Positions 59,480 to 64,000 of a DNA stretch of 64,000 bases are shown piece after piece. Under the pieces are notes generated by a model. That model saw only the letters and a program-made list of their open reading frames with translations, was not told the origin of the DNA and searched no databases. The position numbers were made by a program, and so were the translations under genes. The stretch comes from Takakia lepidozioides (Eukaryota > Plantae > Bryophyta): positions 63,860,001-63,924,000 of the forward strand of contig CM060733.1 in the NCBI GenBank assembly GCA_030704615.1, written 5' to 3'. Position 1 is the stretch's first letter. Every line of letters starts with the position of its first letter.

Positions 59480-62400
59480 TCACATGACAAGTACATCATA
59501 CTCATGAGAGCAGTTTCTCTACATTGTCCAACCCCCGCATGATATACTGGGCACACAGCATTCGCTGCCCAAGTGCAAACTTGAAAGTAAACCAGTCCTT
59601 CGTGAAAGGTATTCCTCTCTCTGGCTTTGCAGTCTTGGAGACATTTGCACTGACTTTTACCCACTCATAAAACACTTGAATGAATGACATGACATAAAAG
59701 CTACACTCCCAGCTGAATGGTTGCTAGGGCACATGACGCACGTGGAACTGAAATGCTTGGACAATCTCATGCCACTCCGGTGAGTCCATCGAGTACCCTA
59801 AGCACTCAGCATGAAGCTTCCGAATCCACCCTAGAACAAAGGGACATTTATGCGAGTCCCTGATAGAGTTCAGGTGAGTGTAACAGCCCTTGCGGAGGTC
59901 GATGATACAAACACTTCAGTGCCCCCTGCAATGGTATCAAACAACATGGCGTCATTGCACAATCATGATGGGTAGACTTAGTAGACTGACACTCAGCAGA
60001 CTCAATCTTCAAACCCAGTCCACTACACAAATACAGAGGTCAACTTAATCGCTCATAGTCAAGACGACAGTGCGAAACCAGACTATGACTCAGGAGACAG
60101 TCTCAGCAGACTCGGAAGAGTTCTTACTCGTCCCCAATTGGCACCAAAATGAAATCGCACTCTTTCAAGTCCTTGCCCACTCGTTCAGTGCTGAGGCAAC
60201 CTTTCAAGACCTCCAGAAGGCTTTCACGTTGCCCCACCCCCAATGACTTCAACACCGTCTATGTTGACATTGGAAAAACAGCAATAGTGTTGGTGAACGC
60301 AGCCTCAACCGACTTCTCATAGAATCGACACCACAGCTCCAGGAGTCTATCTGTGCACTCCGACTCAACCTTCTGGAGCGCCTTTATGTCATCCGGCGAC
60401 AGTCCGCATTCAAACCGTGGGTCCCCTTCAAAAAACATCAGCATGGAATTACCCGCCTTGACGTGCAGAGCATGTGCTTTGCCAAACCGAGCACCCATCC
60501 TACACAGAGCAGACCATCCTTCGGGAAGCCTCATGTACTGAACAGATTGACGTCAACATGGTACCAAACACTCTACAGGCTGAACATTTCATCAGACTGA
60601 CAAGACTAACCACAACAGACAATGATGAAATCAGCAGCAAACTGACCAGCGTGCAGACTGACCACAACAGAGCGCAAAGTACTTAACGACAAAGACAGAC
60701 GAGGAGACTGAGCACAGTACTCACCTGTGCTGCTCCAGGAAACGACCCACATCTTTCTCCATGTCCAAGGCCAGCTTGCGGTTCTTGTTCATAAAGACGC
60801 CAGACTTTTTCTTCGCCGGTCTCTTGGTACTCGGACCCTCCTCGACCTCCTCAGCATGGTCCACGACAGTCCGCTTCTTGGCTTTGCCTCTCCCCTGGGA
60901 AGCAGGGACAGCTGTAGGCGGGCTGGATAGAGCAGACAAACGCAGCGCTGCCGCCCTACTTCGCAATAGAGGCTGGTCAGCAGGTTTGTTTACACTTGCT
61001 GGACCTGTCTTTGCAGCTTCGTGGGTCGCATGCATAGAATTGACCCGCGCATCGGGGGGCGTGCTCACCCCCATACCTTTCTTGGTTGTCGATCCCACGT
61101 TTGCAGCATGGGCAGAAGATGTCATGTCCTCAGAAGTAGACAGTCTGCCGACGGAGGGACGAACATCCTGTGAGGATACCGAGCAAAATGGCGAATTAGC
61201 CCAATTTCACAATGTGCTAAAACATAAACAACAATGCTGAAAGAGGAAATGGCACAACCTGCCCAAGGGGTGAGGGAGCAGACTCCATGTAATCCAGCGC
61301 TATACCAGATGGTGTCTGCGCCGCATGTGGTTCCTTGTAAGTGTGCCTGCCAGCATGTTCAGTCTGTTGCTCAATGTGGGCAGTCTGCTCGGCCGCCGGT
61401 TCTTCGTCAGTTTTTTCGTCTGTGAACTGTGCAGTCTACTGGCAACTCTGCGGTTCGGTCTCTTCCTCAATGTGGGCAGTGTGCTCGGTGGCAGGTTGGT
61501 CATCAGTCCTTCCTTCTGTGAAGTGTGCAGTGTGCTGGTCAGGCCGTGCAGTCTAAACTGTGCAGTCAGAGCTGAGCTGTGCAGTCTGCCGCTCCGAGCC
61601 ATCCTGGTCAGTCCTTCCATCTGTGACCTGTGCAATCTGCTGGTTAGTCTGTGATTCAGTCTGCTCATCAATGAAGACAGTATGTTGCCCCGCCACAAGT
61701 TGCTCGGCAGTCCTTCCATGTGTCCACTGTTCAGTGTGCTGGTCAGTCTGGTGGACAGCCGGCTGGGTGTTCGGATCTCTATGGACTTGGGAAACATCAA
61801 GAACATGTATGGAAGACCCACCGGCAATTGCTTCCTTAGACTCTTCTGTAAGATCTATGATACGGTTTTGCGTTCCTAGATTGAGTTCGGTCATCACGTA
61901 AGACTCATCTATGGCTTTCGCCACTAAGCACACAAAAACGGGACTAAGCTGGAAGGTCATAGAAGGCAGGCCACGGGGAGCTGGATAAGAATGTTTTACC
62001 GGTGACCTGATGACATCGTCAGTGAATGTGCCTGGGGGAAAAGTGGACTCGGTCAAAACACTCATACTGGCAGATCCAAAAACATGTTGTTGGAAACTCA
62101 GCAGAAATTCGTCCACAGGGTCCCGGTGAGGCCAGTGCATCCGAGTCTGTTGCACAATCCAGGGAACAGACTGGCTGTTAGTCTCCTGGATAGTCTGCTT
62201 GGCCATCTGCTGAGTGGGTTCGTCAGTGTGCGGCACAGTCTGCTGAGGGGCAATCTGCTGGCTGGATTCGTCGGTCTGCTGCACGGTCTGCTGTACAGTC
62301 TGCTGAGGGGCAGTCTGGTGGCCATGTTCGCTGGTCTGCTGCACAGTCGGCTGAGGGGCAGTCTGTTGGCCGGTCTGTTCTCCGGTCTGCTGCAAAGTCT

Positions 62401-63949
62401 GCAAAGTTTGCTGCCCGCTTAGTACTATTTGCACATACTGAGTATGTGTGTGTGGGGCAGTCTGCTAGGAGTGATCCGGCCTATTACCCGGGACGGTCTG
62501 GTGTACATGCTCGATCTCCAGCACTTGGGCAGTCTGCCCACATGTGTCGTGGGGAATATGTTGTTGGACATTCTTGTGGCCAGTCTGCTGGACAGTCTCC
62601 CAAACTCCTTGTAAAGCCACGACAAGGTCCATTGCACCTCTGGCAAAAGAGTCGAAAGCAGCTTGCACTTGCTTGTCTCCCAGATCAACTTGCCCTGCAA
62701 CACATGTTTATGCAAATGTGAACTTCTAAAAAAGTTGGCAAAAGAAATTGAGCTGAAACACGAAAGTTGCCCATAACATTTTACCTTCCAAGAGATTTCC
62801 GACGAGGCCAATGTCCTTGATTTGCCGGCACAGGCATGCTCCATCGAGATGAGCAATGGCGCCGATGCGGTCTTTAGTTGGGATCCCACACCACAGGACT
62901 TTGAAGACATTGGGATTTTGCAAAACAATGTCGAATACTGCTCGCTCCATCACCAATGCAAACCAGTGCAATGCGTCATCCACCACAAACTTCTGTGAAT
63001 GGTCTGTTCCATGGAGTAAGTCCATCCTCAAACTATGCAGATCCTTCATCAACTTGTTGTATGAGCGGAAATTGCCAAATTGCATCCATCTGTGTTGTAG
63101 GAAGGAAGCTGCCATGCGCTCAAAGTCCTCCTCAGTCAATCCGAACAAAAGCTTTCTTCGCACCCCAAAGGTTGGATGTGCCATAGGCTTATATCTGAGG
63201 TCTTCAGGCCGTGGGTCATCCATGAGAATCAGCTGCACAAGTAGAGGCGGCGCATTTTGGACGCTTGTGGCTTCAATGGCAACAGCAGAGGCGGCTTCCA
63301 GAACATGGTTGGCTTCCTCAATAGAAAACTCCATGGAATAATGAAAAGGTACAAATGACCACCGGCGGTCCGAAACAATCCGGTGGAGCTCATTATGCCA
63401 ATCCAAATGGGGATTAATTTCTCCCACCCTAAGCCGGGGAAATGTGAGGTCTTCAGCTTCGGGTCGAATTACCGGTGATGGCGATCGCCAAACTGCAAAA
63501 AGCGTCATGCTATGTGAGAGAAATGCAATCTGCTGGTCAGTCTGCTGGTCCGTAGTCTGTTGGATGACAGGACTTCCCATTGGCATGGGCTGCATGATGG
63601 GCTCCTGGAGAGGAGTCTACAGGATGACAGGCTGCTCGTTGGGAGTCTGCTGGATGATGACCTGCTGAATGGGAGTTTGCTGGATGGCAGACTCGGCTGT
63701 CCCAGACGCATTCCCCCCCGACGCGTCTTGAATATGTAATGTCGCTATAGCAGCAGATGACCCATGATACTTCAATAATATGTACTCTCGCACGCGGTCC
63801 ACTTCCGCACGCACTGCAGTTGCTTGTAAATGAGCATCATTGCTAGGTATCCGCCAAGCCTGAATGGCCCTACGAATAGAAACACGTTCATCCTGGTACA
63901 CAGCAGAGAACTTGGACATCAGGAACATGGACATGGACTCTATATTCAC
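59480..63949 (-). pseudogene. Second TE gene: Q/T-rich repeats plus a C-terminal Ulp1/C48-like cysteine protease
   Basis: ECDFILVPI; GH*SVCIID (H-W...D with W to stop); HVP*QPFSW (Q-x-x-x-x-x-C region, frameshifted); QQT repeats in 61553-62434. Confidence 0.6.
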
Positions 63950-64000
63950 CTCATGCAGCGGACTGGATCACAGACCAGCAGACTGACAGACGTAACGTGC

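Larger units (their letters stand above)
54836..64000. mobile_element. Large MULE-like element with convergent transposase and Ulp1-protease genes (right end outside window)
   Basis: Two degenerate convergent genes plus pervasive CAGTC(C/T)GCT repeats; left boundary approximate. Confidence 0.7.

Overview
Eukaryotic, TE-dense window from a plant nuclear genome. PLS-class PPR, pPLAIII and PAS1 homologues point to a land plant, and the TE repertoire suggests a non-seed lineage (inference). There is one apparently intact host gene, a two-exon patatin-like phospholipase (50427-51968, minus). The rest, in order: palindromic tandem arrays (80-2150); a 500-N gap; a three-deep nest of Tat/Ogre-like Ty3 LTR elements with extra ORFs (3281-14934); an intron-containing beta-class N6A/N4C DNA-methyltransferase-like gene (14935-16761); LINE, PPR and SWIM fragments; a chromovirus (26708-33262); a MULE-like element with a Ulp1 protease gene (from about 54836 to the end of the window). 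The most striking feature is a cleanly bounded 14,210-bp DNA transposon (33379-47588). It has perfect 25-bp TAC...GTA TIRs and a 6-bp GGTGAC TSD, and it encodes an apparently intact spliced IS3/integrase-type DDE transposase plus a decayed HECT E3 ubiquitin ligase. It also carries intron-retaining captured host fragments (PAS1/FKBP72 and an RCC1-repeat gene). All family assignments come from motif recognition by eye; no database search was run.
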